Of a stretch of 64,000 nucleotides of DNA, positions 19,832 to 29,386 are shown in pieces; position 1 is the stretch's first letter; each line of letters opens with the position of its first letter. The notes beneath the pieces are model-generated. The model made no database searches, was not told the origin of the DNA, and worked only from the letters and a program-made list of their open reading frames with translations. Source of the DNA: Nitrososphaeria archaeon (lineage in GTDB: Archaea; Thermoproteota; Nitrososphaeria; JACIWG01). The position numbers were made by a program, and so were the translations under genes. The DNA is taken from assembly GCA_026413865.1 (NCBI GenBank), contig JAOAKB010000004.1:1664-65663 (forward strand). Direction: 5' to 3'.

Positions 19832-20329
19832 ATGAAAGCTAAAAGTGTCGCACTTCTTAGCATAATGATACCGCTGGTCACTGTAATGACTATAATAGTT
19901 AGAGTGCCGATTCCTGCAACACAAGGATACTTTAACTTTGGAGATGCAATGGTAATCCTTTCCGGAATAATATTTGGACCATACATTGGATTCTTGGCCG
20001 GAGGAATAGGTTCCTCGTTAGCTGACATAATTTCAGGATATCCACAGTATGCACTTGTAACATTATTAGCCAAAGGTGGAGAAGGAGCAATTGTTGGCAC
20101 ATTATTTAAAAGACTTTATCAGCACTCTAAAACTTTAGGATACCTTTCTGGACTAGTTGGCGGAACATTCATGATACTAACATATTTTGTCTTCCAACTA
20201 TACTTTTTCGGCATTGGAGCTGCTTTGATAGAATTACCATGGAACATTCTACAGTGTACTATAGGAACAGCTGTAGCTTATATGATTCACCTAATTTTAA
20301 AGCCTACACTTTCAAAGATACTCCGATAG
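19832..20329 (+). CDS. ECF-transporter S-component-like membrane protein (substrate unknown)
   Basis: 165 aa with 5-6 TM segments. VRVPIPATQGYFNFGDAMVILSGIIFGP is typical of S components. No ECF A or T genes are in the window. Confidence 0.6.
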   Translation: MKAKSVALLSIMIPLVTVMTIIVRVPIPATQGYFNFGDAMVILSGIIFGPYIGFLAGGIGSSLADIISGYPQYALVTLLAKGGEGAIVGTLFKRLYQHSKTLGYLSGLVGGTFMILTYFVFQLYFFGIGAALIELPWNILQCTIGTAVAYMIHLILKPTLSKILR

Positions 20330-21932
20330 CATTTCTTCTCCACATACTTGCTTCAATAAATCCTCTAAAAATTGGGTCAGGCTTACCGGGTCTACTAACA
20401 AACTCAGGATGATACTGTGAAGCCATATAGAATGGGTGACCCTTCAACTCAATAACTTCAACTCGTTTCATGTCCTCACTAAAGCCTGAGAAGACCATTC
20501 CAGCCTCCTGTAGGACACTCCAATATTTTGGGTTAATTTCATATCTGTGCCTATGCCTTTCTCTAATAACATTCTTTCCATAAAGCTTGTAAGCCAATGT
20601 ACCCTCCTTCAAGATAATATTATGCCCACCAAGTCTCATGGTTCCACCAAGCTTGTCTATTTCCTTCTGTTCAGGTAAGAGGTCTATAACAGGATATGGT
20701 GTATTGGGGTCAATTTCAGTAGAATTTGCACCCTCATAGCCCAACACATGTCTAGCGAACGAGACTACAGCAAGCTGTAGGCCAAAACATAGCCCAAGAT
20801 AGGGAATCCCCTTTTCTCTTGCAAAGTTTGCTGCCAAAATCTTTCCTTCAGCACCTCTACTGCCAAAACCTCCTGGAACTATTATACCATCATACTTTTC
20901 AAGTTCAGAAAGACTACTACTATCACATTCAAGATTCTCAGATTCTATCCAATGAATTTTAACCCTACATTTTAGTATGCCACCAGCATGGTATAGTGCA
21001 TGGTTAACACTAACATAGCTGTCAGCAAGTTCAGCATATTTTCCTACCATCGCAATATGAACTTCATCTTTTGATTCAAGCATATCTTTAACAATATTAT
21101 TCCATTCAGATAAATCAACATTCCTTGAAGGGATCTTTAACTGTTCAAAGATTATTTTAGAAAGACCTTGTTCTTCAAGTACCTGTGGAACAAGATATGG
21201 TGACTTAAGGTCAGGGCTTGAGAGAACATTTTCTTTTAGAACATTTGTGAAAAGAGAAATCTTTTCCCTATTTGATTCAGTCAAACGCTTCTTTGACCGA
21301 ACAATTATTAAGTCAGGCTGAATACCTATTCTTCTAAGCTCCTGAACACTATGCTGAGTAGGTTTAGTTTTCAGTTCACCAACCTCCTCTATTATAGGAG
21401 CAAGAGTGACGTGAACAAAAAGCGTATTATCCTTTCCCTCTTCAAACCTCATCTGTCTCAAAGCCTCAAGAAAAGGTAATGCTTCAATATCTCCAACAGT
21501 TCCACCAGATTCTACAATCATAATTTCAGCATTATCCTTTCTTGCGGCATATCTTATCAAACGTTTTATTTCATCAGTTATATGAGGTATTATTTGGACA
21601 CATTTACCCAAATACTTTCCCTCACGTTCCCGCTGTAGAACATTAAGATAGACTTGGCCAGTCGTTATATTATTTGCTCTAGAAAGATTTATGTCAAGAA
21701 AACGTTCGTATGTACCTATATCCATGTCGGTTTCAGCACCATCATCACAGACAAAAACTTCACCATGTACTAGAGGGTTCATTGTTCCAGCGTCAACATT
21801 AAGGTAAGGATCCATCTTCATCAAAGAAACTCTTATCCCAGAAGATTGGAGAATCTTTCCAATAGAGCCAGCTATAACACCCTTGCCGATTCCACTAATA
21901 ACTCCACCAGTGACAAAAATGTATTTGGGCAT
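20304..21932 (-). CDS. pyrG: CTP synthase
   Basis: MPKYIFVTGGVISGIGKG N-terminus, C-terminal glutamine amidotransferase block GLCFGLQ, and HRHRYE. Confidence 0.95.
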   Translation of the reverse strand: MPKYIFVTGGVISGIGKGVIAGSIGKILQSSGIRVSLMKMDPYLNVDAGTMNPLVHGEVFVCDDGAETDMDIGTYERFLDINLSRANNITTGQVYLNVLQREREGKYLGKCVQIIPHITDEIKRLIRYAARKDNAEIMIVESGGTVGDIEALPFLEALRQMRFEEGKDNTLFVHVTLAPIIEEVGELKTKPTQHSVQELRRIGIQPDLIIVRSKKRLTESNREKISLFTNVLKENVLSSPDLKSPYLVPQVLEEQGLSKIIFEQLKIPSRNVDLSEWNNIVKDMLESKDEVHIAMVGKYAELADSYVSVNHALYHAGGILKCRVKIHWIESENLECDSSSLSELEKYDGIIVPGGFGSRGAEGKILAANFAREKGIPYLGLCFGLQLAVVSFARHVLGYEGANSTEIDPNTPYPVIDLLPEQKEIDKLGGTMRLGGHNIILKEGTLAYKLYGKNVIRERHRHRYEINPKYWSVLQEAGMVFSGFSEDMKRVEVIELKGHPFYMASQYHPEFVSRPGKPDPIFRGFIEASMWRRNAIGVSLKV

Positions 21933-21973
21933 AAAAGGTAATCTAATCGATAATATAAATAATTATCGCATCA

Positions 21974-23047
21974 TTACAATTCAATCAGTTCTTTAGTAAA
22001 ATGTGTTAAACATTCTACATTTTCACCAACATAAACAGTGTCTTCAATACGTACACCAAACTTTTTAGGAATATAGACACCAGGCTCTACAGTAACAACG
22101 TTCCCTAATTCAAGCAACTCAGATTGATTTACTGAAAGAGTTGGAGGCTCATGGACTTCTAGGCCTACACCATGACCAGTACCATGAGTAAAATATTCCA
22201 GATAACCTTTTTCACCAATAAACTTCCTACACATAGAGTCGACATCACCAGCCTTAACACCCACTCTAACAGCCTTAATACCCTTCTCCTGAGCAAATAG
22301 AACCGCATCATAAACATTCTTGAATTCACTTGATGCACGGCCAAGAATAAATGTCCTAGTTTCGTCAGAAACATAGCCTCCGTATCTAAAGAAAAAATCT
22401 AACTTTATAACATCACCACGCCTAAAACGTCTTTCAGTAACCTGCGCATGAGGAAGAGAAGAATTTGGGCCTGAAGCAACAATTATTGGTGTAAAGTCAG
22501 TGTTAACATATGGTGTGTCAAGACCTAAGCCTATAGCTTCACCAACAATTCTAGAGGCAACCTCCCTCTCACTAACACCCTCCTTTATAATTTTGGTAGA
22601 AAGATCATATAGCATATCAATACGTTTAGAAGCCTCCTTCAATAGCCTAACTTCGTACTCGTCCTTAACCTTCCTAACATCATAAAAAATTTTAGGCTCA
22701 ACAACTAAACCTACATTCAAACTTTTCTCCAAACGTTCCTTCAACGAAAAAGGGATTTCGTCTACAAGAACACGAGTTCTAACATAATCTTTTAGAAGAG
22801 AAAAAGAAGATTCACCCAAAGGTGCAGAAACAACTTCGGTTTCAAAAGAATATTCAGAAGCCCTATTCTTTTCAAGAAGACCAGTAAAAAGTCGAGCACC
22901 ATCCTGAGTTAAAAGAAGATAGCCACCACCCCAGAAGCCAGTAAAATAGTAAATGTTTTCAACACCAGTTACAAGAACCTGTTTAAAGCCAAGCTCTTCA
23001 GCCTTTAAAAGAATCTTCTTCCTCCTAACTAAAATCTGGGAAATCAT
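21974..23047 (-). CDS. M24-family Xaa-Pro dipeptidase/aminopeptidase
   Basis: The pita-bread metal ligand pattern is present: DFFFRYGGYVSDETRTF, HGTGHGVGLEVHE, VTVEPG, RIED. Confidence 0.85.
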   Translation of the reverse strand: MISQILVRRKKILLKAEELGFKQVLVTGVENIYYFTGFWGGGYLLLTQDGARLFTGLLEKNRASEYSFETEVVSAPLGESSFSLLKDYVRTRVLVDEIPFSLKERLEKSLNVGLVVEPKIFYDVRKVKDEYEVRLLKEASKRIDMLYDLSTKIIKEGVSEREVASRIVGEAIGLGLDTPYVNTDFTPIIVASGPNSSLPHAQVTERRFRRGDVIKLDFFFRYGGYVSDETRTFILGRASSEFKNVYDAVLFAQEKGIKAVRVGVKAGDVDSMCRKFIGEKGYLEYFTHGTGHGVGLEVHEPPTLSVNQSELLELGNVVTVEPGVYIPKKFGVRIEDTVYVGENVECLTHFTKELIEL

Positions 23048-23098
23048 ATGCTCTAGGGATTTACTTTAGACAAATTTAACCTTATCCAAGAGATAACA

Positions 23099-24151
23099 TT
23101 ACATTCTAACATATTTTCCTCTAATAGGAATTTGTACACCACATTTTGGGCACCTTCCATCATCTGAAAGATAGTAGTCTAGAACTTTAAAATCAGACCT
23201 GACAATGACCCTTTCACCACAATTATGACAGTATGTGTGAGAAAAACGGTGACCTGGAACATTGCCAACATACGGATACCATATTCCAACCTTTTTCGCA
23301 AGATTGTAGGCCATTTCAAGAATCTCAACCTTAGTTGGTGGAGCCTTAAACTTGTATGCTGGAAAATATCTTGTGAAATGTATTGGAGTTTCTGGCCCAG
23401 CTTCCCTAACATGCCTTTCAACAATCCATCGAATACATTCTTCACCATCATTCACACCAGTAACAATAAGATTCACTACTTCAACATGTAAGCCAAGCCT
23501 TTTAGCCTCCCTAACATTCCTCCAAACTATTTCAACATCAAGATTACCAAGAAACTTACTGTATGTGTCGGCATCACCCTTAACATCAACCTTTAACCCA
23601 TCCAAACCACTATTCTTCAAAAAACGTAAAGCTTCAATTGTAAAATAACCATTACTTACATAACAACAGTACAATCCAAGTTTAGAGCCCCTACTAAAAA
23701 CATCTCCAGCCCATTCAGCCAAAAGAGTTGGCTCCTGAAAACTTGCACACAAGCCAAGGTCGCCACATTTTAAGGCAAACTCAACAACCTTTCCAGCATC
23801 AAGATATGAGGCCCTAGATGGAGAGGGTAAAGTTCTTGAAAGATGAAAATTTTGACACCAAGGACACATAAAGTTACAAGACCATGTTGAGAATGTTAAG
23901 GCTGTAGAACCTGGCCAATAATGATAGAATGGCTTAATTTCTATAGACCTACTTTCGATAGCACTAACATCACCATATACGAGCGTGTAAAGCCTTCCAT
24001 CAATGTTAATTCTTGTACCACAAAAGCCTCTATCGCCAACCAAAATAACACATCTTCTCTCACATAAGGAACATTTGACACTATCATTACCTAACCTTTC
24101 ATAAAAAATTGATTCCCTTACCGAAGTATATTTTAGAAGCTCTGACCCCAT
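23099..24151 (-). CDS. amrS: AmmeMemoRadiSam-system radical SAM enzyme (pyruvate formate-lyase activase-like)
   Basis: CNFMCPWCQN is the CxxxCxxC motif. N-terminal Cys cluster CSLCERRCV...FCG. C-terminal CHNCG...CPKCG zinc ribbon. Confidence 0.75.
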   Translation of the reverse strand: MGSELLKYTSVRESIFYERLGNDSVKCSLCERRCVILVGDRGFCGTRINIDGRLYTLVYGDVSAIESRSIEIKPFYHYWPGSTALTFSTWSCNFMCPWCQNFHLSRTLPSPSRASYLDAGKVVEFALKCGDLGLCASFQEPTLLAEWAGDVFSRGSKLGLYCCYVSNGYFTIEALRFLKNSGLDGLKVDVKGDADTYSKFLGNLDVEIVWRNVREAKRLGLHVEVVNLIVTGVNDGEECIRWIVERHVREAGPETPIHFTRYFPAYKFKAPPTKVEILEMAYNLAKKVGIWYPYVGNVPGHRFSHTYCHNCGERVIVRSDFKVLDYYLSDDGRCPKCGVQIPIRGKYVRM

Positions 24152-24216
24152 ACTACATTCAAATAGAATAAAAATTACTTTTTAGCTCTTTCTTACATTA
24201 TGATACTAGAAAATTA

Positions 24217-25182
24217 TTATTTGACATTATATGATGGAAGTGTAATAGTAAATGTTGTACCAACACCTTCTACGCTGTGGAAAGTTATTTGGCCACCCAA
24301 TAATTCTATAAGCCTTTTACATACAGCAAGACCCATACCCATGCCCTTAGATTTTGTTGTAAAAAGTGGTTCAAAGATTCTAGCTTGAATTTCTTTAGGA
24401 ATACCCTTACCCGTATCAGTAATAGTCAAAACCACTTTTTCACCTTCCCTTTTCCCTTCGATAGTCAATCTTCCACCCTCGGACATCGCTTGAACAGCAT
24501 TAGTTATAATATTTGAGAGAACATGCCTTAATATTATTGGATCGGAGACTACTGCTAACCTTTCCTCACAAAATATTTCAGTCTTTATATTTGATGGTAT
24601 TGGACTATAAGAAATTAGTTCTCTTATAAGCTCCCATAGATTAATTTCTGTTTTAACAGCTTTAATGGTTGTTCCATAAAAGTATAGGTCCGAAACAATT
24701 TTATCCACATATCTTATCTGAAACTTTATAGATTCCAATTTTTCAAGCAAATCTGGTTGAGGCTTCTCTGAAGCCTTAACCTTTTCCTCTATTAAGTATA
24801 TATTATTAAGGATAGATTGCAAGGGATTTCTAAGATCATGAGCAATAATTGTCGCAGTTTCACCAATAGCTGAAATACGTTCCTCTTGAATCTTGGCCTG
24901 AGCCCTTTCAAGCTTATCAAGCATACCATTAATAATCTTACACATGTTGGCTATTTCATCATCACCCTTTACACTCACTCTTGCAGAAATGTCTCCACTT
25001 TCACCAATCTTTTCTAACTCTTTATCAACGTCCTCAATATCCTTTAGAATACCATATTTGAACATCAAAAATATTCCTACACCAATTAAAGTTACACATG
25101 ATAAAGTTGCGAAAGCAAAGTTAAAGACATGAACTATTCCTTCCCTATAAATCTGTCTAGATTCAGTATATTCTGCAATCAA
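24217..25182 (-). CDS. Sensor histidine kinase, C-terminal portion (TM2, coiled coil, HisKA, HATPase_c)
   Basis: H-box IIAHDLRNPLQ, N-box SNIITNAVQAM, G1 DTGKGI, G2 GMGMGLAVCK. The same frame stays open upstream to about 25338 and encodes more of the extracytoplasmic domain. Confidence 0.8.
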   Translation of the reverse strand: MIAEYTESRQIYREGIVHVFNFAFATLSCVTLIGVGIFLMFKYGILKDIEDVDKELEKIGESGDISARVSVKGDDEIANMCKIINGMLDKLERAQAKIQEERISAIGETATIIAHDLRNPLQSILNNIYLIEEKVKASEKPQPDLLEKLESIKFQIRYVDKIVSDLYFYGTTIKAVKTEINLWELIRELISYSPIPSNIKTEIFCEERLAVVSDPIILRHVLSNIITNAVQAMSEGGRLTIEGKREGEKVVLTITDTGKGIPKEIQARIFEPLFTTKSKGMGMGLAVCKRLIELLGGQITFHSVEGVGTTFTITLPSYNVK

Positions 25183-25359
25183 AGCATCATTCCCATAAAT
25201 ATCCTTAAAAATAACATATCCAATAATATTTTCACTTAATGGTTTTACATAAATGCCTTCATAAAATGGTTCACCCTCAATTCTTTTAAACTCAGTCCCA
25301 AATGTGAAGATAGAAAAATTTTTCTTAAAGCAAATTTAATTTCATTTAATTGATTAGAG

Positions 25360-25920
25360 TCAAGATATCGTCCCATCAACAAAAAAACCCATCGAAGGCC
25401 CTTCACCTTCACTTGTCAAGATCTGGTGCATAGAGAATATTGTAGGCTTTTCCAAAATAATTATCCCACTTAAACCATTTTCCTTAATACAAAGTCTTAA
25501 AATCGTTGAATTAGGTTGAATGTGAATATTTAAACTGTCTGGTAACAGTATTATTCTTTTTGTTGTCAAATTATATGCTTGGCCCCAAAAGATTTTTCCA
25601 TCATTATCTACAAAGAGTATAAAATTTATCCTTAAATTTTCGAAAACTGAACTAACTAGATTATTTTCGATATAGGCTCTACTTTTTGTTTTCATAAAAT
25701 TATATGTATCATCCCAGTACGCCCAATCCCTAACAACCCTATCCATTTCTTTTATATTAGATTCAATGCCATTCTTTATGTCTATAAGGTCTTCAACCAT
25801 CTGCCTTTTCTCTATCGCTCCAAAATGTGAAAGCATAGTTTGACCTAAGATAAGCTGCACAATAATTATCACTATAGTTGAGATTATAACTATTAGGAAA
25901 GCCTTTTCACTTTTCTTCAA
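25360..25920 (-). CDS. Sensor histidine kinase, N-terminal portion (TM1 plus CHASE4-like extracytoplasmic domain)
   Basis: TM helix AFLIVIISTIVIIIVQLIL, then RDWAYWDDTYNFM, which resembles the CHASE4 signature. It is in the same reading frame as 24217..25182 but is separated from it by four stop codons. Confidence 0.65.
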   Translation of the reverse strand: MKKSEKAFLIVIISTIVIIIVQLILGQTMLSHFGAIEKRQMVEDLIDIKNGIESNIKEMDRVVRDWAYWDDTYNFMKTKSRAYIENNLVSSVFENLRINFILFVDNDGKIFWGQAYNLTTKRIILLPDSLNIHIQPNSTILRLCIKENGLSGIIILEKPTIFSMHQILTSEGEGPSMGFFVDGTIS

Positions 25921-25967
25921 AAATTTTCACTTCAAGTATGCGACGACGTTATTTAAAAATGTTATAT

Positions 25968-26930
25968 TCACTCACTTTGAAGATATCTAGTAGCCCATTT
26001 CATCTTCTTTTCCACATGAACACCTATTTCTTCATGACCCATTCCATAATATACTTCTATAGCCTTATCCTTTGAAAACAAATGATTGTATGTAGCAAAT
26101 ATTGTTGATGGAGGACATACAGTGTCTATTAGTCCAACAGAAAAAATTGTTGGCTGCATAATTTCTGGTGCAAAGTTCATTCCATCAAAGTAAGATAGCG
26201 TTTCCATAATCTTTTCCTCCTCCTCTGGCCTTATTCTAAGATAGTTTAATATTTCAAGATATGGCCCCGATTCTGCAACATATACTGCCCTGTCAAAGTG
26301 GCATAGGTATGGTACACTTGGCATTGCAATTTTAACTTTAGGATGCAAGGCTGCAGTCACTATTGATAGTCCTCCACCTTGGCTCATTCCAGAAACACCA
26401 ATCCTATCTTCATCAACATCCTTTCTTTCTAGAACATATTTTATTGCCCTATAACAGTCCATGAAAACGTATCTGTAATAGTATGTGTTTTTATCTTGTA
26501 TACCTTTTGTCATGTTTCCTGTAATGTTTCCAAATGGATATCTTGCATAATCTGGTGCTTCACCAGCCTGACCTCTAACATCAACAGCTAAAATTGAGAA
26601 GCCAAGCATTATCCAGCCAAGATAGTCTGTTATCACACCCTTGCTTGAACCATATCCATGGAAGAATACTATTGTTGGAGATGACTTTTTGTTCTTTGAA
26701 TCTTTTGCGAAGAAAGCTGTTATTGGAGTCTTGTCAATGTATCCGTCAAAAACAATTTTATAAATCTCTATTCTATTTGTAAAATATTCTATCTTCTTTT
26801 CATTAAAGTTTAGTGGCTGTTCTTCTGCAAATTTAACATTTTCCTCCCAAAATCTTTTAAAATCACTTTTTCTAGTTAGTGTAGGCTTGTACTCCTTAAG
26901 CTCTTTTAATGTTAAGTCTACAAGAGGCAT
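25968..26930 (-). CDS. Acetyl xylan esterase / cephalosporin-C deacetylase (CE7-like alpha/beta hydrolase)
   Basis: Nucleophile elbow GVSGMSQGGG, C-terminal GMGHEE, about 320 aa. Confidence 0.8.
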   Translation of the reverse strand: MPLVDLTLKELKEYKPTLTRKSDFKRFWEENVKFAEEQPLNFNEKKIEYFTNRIEIYKIVFDGYIDKTPITAFFAKDSKNKKSSPTIVFFHGYGSSKGVITDYLGWIMLGFSILAVDVRGQAGEAPDYARYPFGNITGNMTKGIQDKNTYYYRYVFMDCYRAIKYVLERKDVDEDRIGVSGMSQGGGLSIVTAALHPKVKIAMPSVPYLCHFDRAVYVAESGPYLEILNYLRIRPEEEEKIMETLSYFDGMNFAPEIMQPTIFSVGLIDTVCPPSTIFATYNHLFSKDKAIEVYYGMGHEEIGVHVEKKMKWATRYLQSE

Positions 26931-26975
26931 ACACTATATATTATATGGTTTAGTAATAAATTTTTTGTAAAGAAT

Positions 26976-28130
26976 TTATTTACACAGAAATGGTTCTAGC
27001 TTTCTTTCATTAACTTCTAGCCCTAGTCCCACATTCTCTGGAACCCTAACATACCCTTTAGAAAAAACTTCCACAGGTATATCACATATATTGTTTGAGA
27101 ATGGGTTTGGACTCTCTTTTATATCGTACACTTCATATGTTAGAAATGTTTCTGGAGAAATTGATGCTGAAAGATGTAATGTTGCAGCCCTACATCCTGC
27201 ACCAGACAAGCCTACATGTGGAGAATATTGTATATTGTAGGCTCTCGCAAAAGACACTATTCTTGAACATCCAGTTATCCCCCCGGCTCTTGCAATATCA
27301 GGCTGAATAATGTCTACAACACCATTTTCAATATAGTCCCTAAAATCATATACTGTGAAAAGGGATTCACCACAGGCTATCGGCACATCAACCTTCCTCT
27401 TTAAAGCAATATACCCTTTTAGGTCGTAGACTGGCAAAGGCTCCTCAAACCATCTTACTTCAAGCCTTTCAAGAAATTTTGCAAGCTTTAATGCGCTACT
27501 TAAATTGTAGGCCGAGTTCGCATCAACCATAATTTCAACATCTTTTCCCACTTCATCTCTAATTGTCTTAAGATTTTCGATATCACGTTCAACACCCATA
27601 CCGACCTTAACCTTAATCTGGTCGTGTCCTTCATCAACCCACTCCCTAGCCCTCTTAGCCATCTCCTCCGGCTTACCGAAGACTATAGATGAGGCATAAG
27701 CTTTCAATTGCCCTCTAAATTTTCCACCAAGAAGATCGTATACTGGCCTCTGAAGAATTTTTCCCTTAAGATCCCATATGGCAATATCTACGCCAGCCAA
27801 GGCTTCTATGAAATAGCCTCTTGTATGACCTCGATTCTTAAGGGAAGCAAACATTTCCTCCCACAAAACTTCCGTTTCTAAAGGACTTTTTCCTATAACA
27901 ATATTTTTTAAAAGCCTTCTAACAATTTCAGCTGTAGCTTGAGGAACCTCCCTAACCCAGCATTCTCCAAAACCATACAAGCCATCATCAGCAATAACCT
28001 TAACAAAGCATGAGGCGTACCCGCGTCTAACAGTTTTTTCAAGTGATTTCTGGAATGGTAGATAGCCTGAGATTGCAGAAGATGCTTCCGAGTAAACAGG
28101 ATATACTAGGACATCGACAATCCTTGACAT
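26976..28130 (-). CDS. Enolase-superfamily enzyme (mandelate racemase/muconate lactonizing family; probable acid-sugar dehydratase)
   Basis: KVKVG, MVDANSAYN, WFEEPL and ACGESL form the metal-ligand pattern. Confidence 0.8.
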   Translation of the reverse strand: MSRIVDVLVYPVYSEASSAISGYLPFQKSLEKTVRRGYASCFVKVIADDGLYGFGECWVREVPQATAEIVRRLLKNIVIGKSPLETEVLWEEMFASLKNRGHTRGYFIEALAGVDIAIWDLKGKILQRPVYDLLGGKFRGQLKAYASSIVFGKPEEMAKRAREWVDEGHDQIKVKVGMGVERDIENLKTIRDEVGKDVEIMVDANSAYNLSSALKLAKFLERLEVRWFEEPLPVYDLKGYIALKRKVDVPIACGESLFTVYDFRDYIENGVVDIIQPDIARAGGITGCSRIVSFARAYNIQYSPHVGLSGAGCRAATLHLSASISPETFLTYEVYDIKESPNPFSNNICDIPVEVFSKGYVRVPENVGLGLEVNERKLEPFLCK

Positions 28131-28163
28131 GCTGATTTTGTATCTAAGGCTATAGTATTTAAC

Positions 28164-28406
28164 CTATTCTATCTTTTCCAAAAAGATTGCAGAAACAGGA
28201 CAGACATCAGCACCCTCCTTAGCACACCCATATAGCTCATCTGGAATTACTCCAACAGATCTATCGGGCCCAAGCTCAACACTATATTTATCAACAACCT
28301 TATTTTTTCCATTGTCATTTCCCAACTCGTAAACTTTAGGGCATGTAGCTGGGGCAGCACCACAAGAAATACATAATCCCCTATCTATTGTTATTCTATA
28401 TGGCAT
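28164..28406 (-). CDS. Small [4Fe-4S]/[3Fe-4S] ferredoxin
   Basis: 80 aa with CISCGAAPATCP ... CPVSAI. Confidence 0.8.
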   Translation of the reverse strand: MPYRITIDRGLCISCGAAPATCPKVYELGNDNGKNKVVDKYSVELGPDRSVGVIPDELYGCAKEGADVCPVSAIFLEKIE

Positions 28407-28490
28407 GATATAACCTAAAACTTTGATATTAAAAAATTTTTAAAAACAGTATTAATCGTTTATATATAGGTCTTAATATTACATAAAATT

Positions 28491-28499
28491 TTAATATTA
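28491..28499 (+). promoter_or_regulatory. TATA-like box (TTAATATTA) about 24 nt upstream of the bcp ATG
   Basis: Call rests on position. An identical 9-mer is also present at 28473-28481. Confidence 0.3.
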
Positions 28500-28518
28500 G
28501 GTTTATAAAAAACTATTT

Positions 28519-28962
28519 ATGCTAAAAATTGGTTCGCCTCTTCCAGAAATTAGAGCATTAGACCAAAATGGGGAAGAAGTGAACTTTAAAGACTTTATTG
28601 GTAAAGTGACTGTAATATACTTCTATCCAAAAGATTTTACACCAGGGTGTACAAAAGAGGCATGCTCTTTCAGAGATAATATTGGCAAATTTAACAACAT
28701 AAACGTTGTAGGTGTGAGCGTACAAGATGTTGATTCTCATAAAAAATTTTACCTTATGCATTCATTGAATTTCACATTAATTGCTGATAACGATAAGAAG
28801 GTATCAGAAACGTTTGGAGTGCTAAGACCTACTGGAGTTGCTGAAAGAATTACATTTATATTTGATAAAGATGGTATTTTAAGATACATTTTCGACAAAG
28901 TTAATCCTGAAAATCATGCTGAAGAGGTTTTAGCAAAAATTAGAGAACTTGGTCTCCTATAA
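28519..28962 (+). CDS. bcp: Peroxiredoxin, Bcp type
   Basis: FYPKDFTPGCTKEAC is the peroxidatic Cys motif. Confidence 0.9.
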   Translation: MLKIGSPLPEIRALDQNGEEVNFKDFIGKVTVIYFYPKDFTPGCTKEACSFRDNIGKFNNINVVGVSVQDVDSHKKFYLMHSLNFTLIADNDKKVSETFGVLRPTGVAERITFIFDKDGILRYIFDKVNPENHAEEVLAKIRELGLL

Positions 28963-28975
28963 AGATGATTTGATT

Positions 28976-29380
28976 ATGGCTAAACGGCTCTCTGTTTTAG
29001 ATGCTAACAGGTGTACTGGATGCCAAAGCTGTATGTTTGCATGTTCTAGAAGATTTGGTGCTGGTGGACTAGCTTATTCAGCAATACATGTTCGTTCTGT
29101 TGGGGGAATAGAGCATGGCTTTGTTGTTATAGTTTGCAGAGCTTGTTCAAATCCACCATGTGCAAAAGTCTGCCCAGTTGATGCACTAAAAATTAGGATT
29201 GGTGGTGGAGTAATATTGGATGCTACAAGATGCATTGGATGCGGATTTTGTGTGAAATCATGCCCTTATGGAGCAATATTTTGGAATGAAAGGGAAAATA
29301 AACCCAATATTTGCATATACTGCGGATATTGTTCGAGATATTGTCCACATGATGTCATAGCTTTAGAGGAGATAGGGTGA
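28976..29380 (+). CDS. 4Fe-4S dicluster protein (electron-transfer partner of the downstream AOR)
   Basis: CTGCQSCMFAC, CRACSNPPCAKVCP, CIGCGFCVKSCP, CIYCGYCSRYCP. I prefer the start MAKRLSV at 28976; the ORF-track start at 28949 would overlap bcp. Confidence 0.8.
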   Translation: MAKRLSVLDANRCTGCQSCMFACSRRFGAGGLAYSAIHVRSVGGIEHGFVVIVCRACSNPPCAKVCPVDALKIRIGGGVILDATRCIGCGFCVKSCPYGAIFWNERENKPNICIYCGYCSRYCPHDVIALEEIG

Positions 29381-29386
29381 AAAGGT

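Noticed and set aside
28473-28499. Duplicated, self-palindromic TTAATATTA 9-mers between the ferredoxin and bcp genes, considered as a redox-regulator operator.
   Set aside because: They are more simply explained as TATA-box sequences for the divergent promoters. The distal copy is not well placed for either gene, but the evidence is too thin to call an operator.
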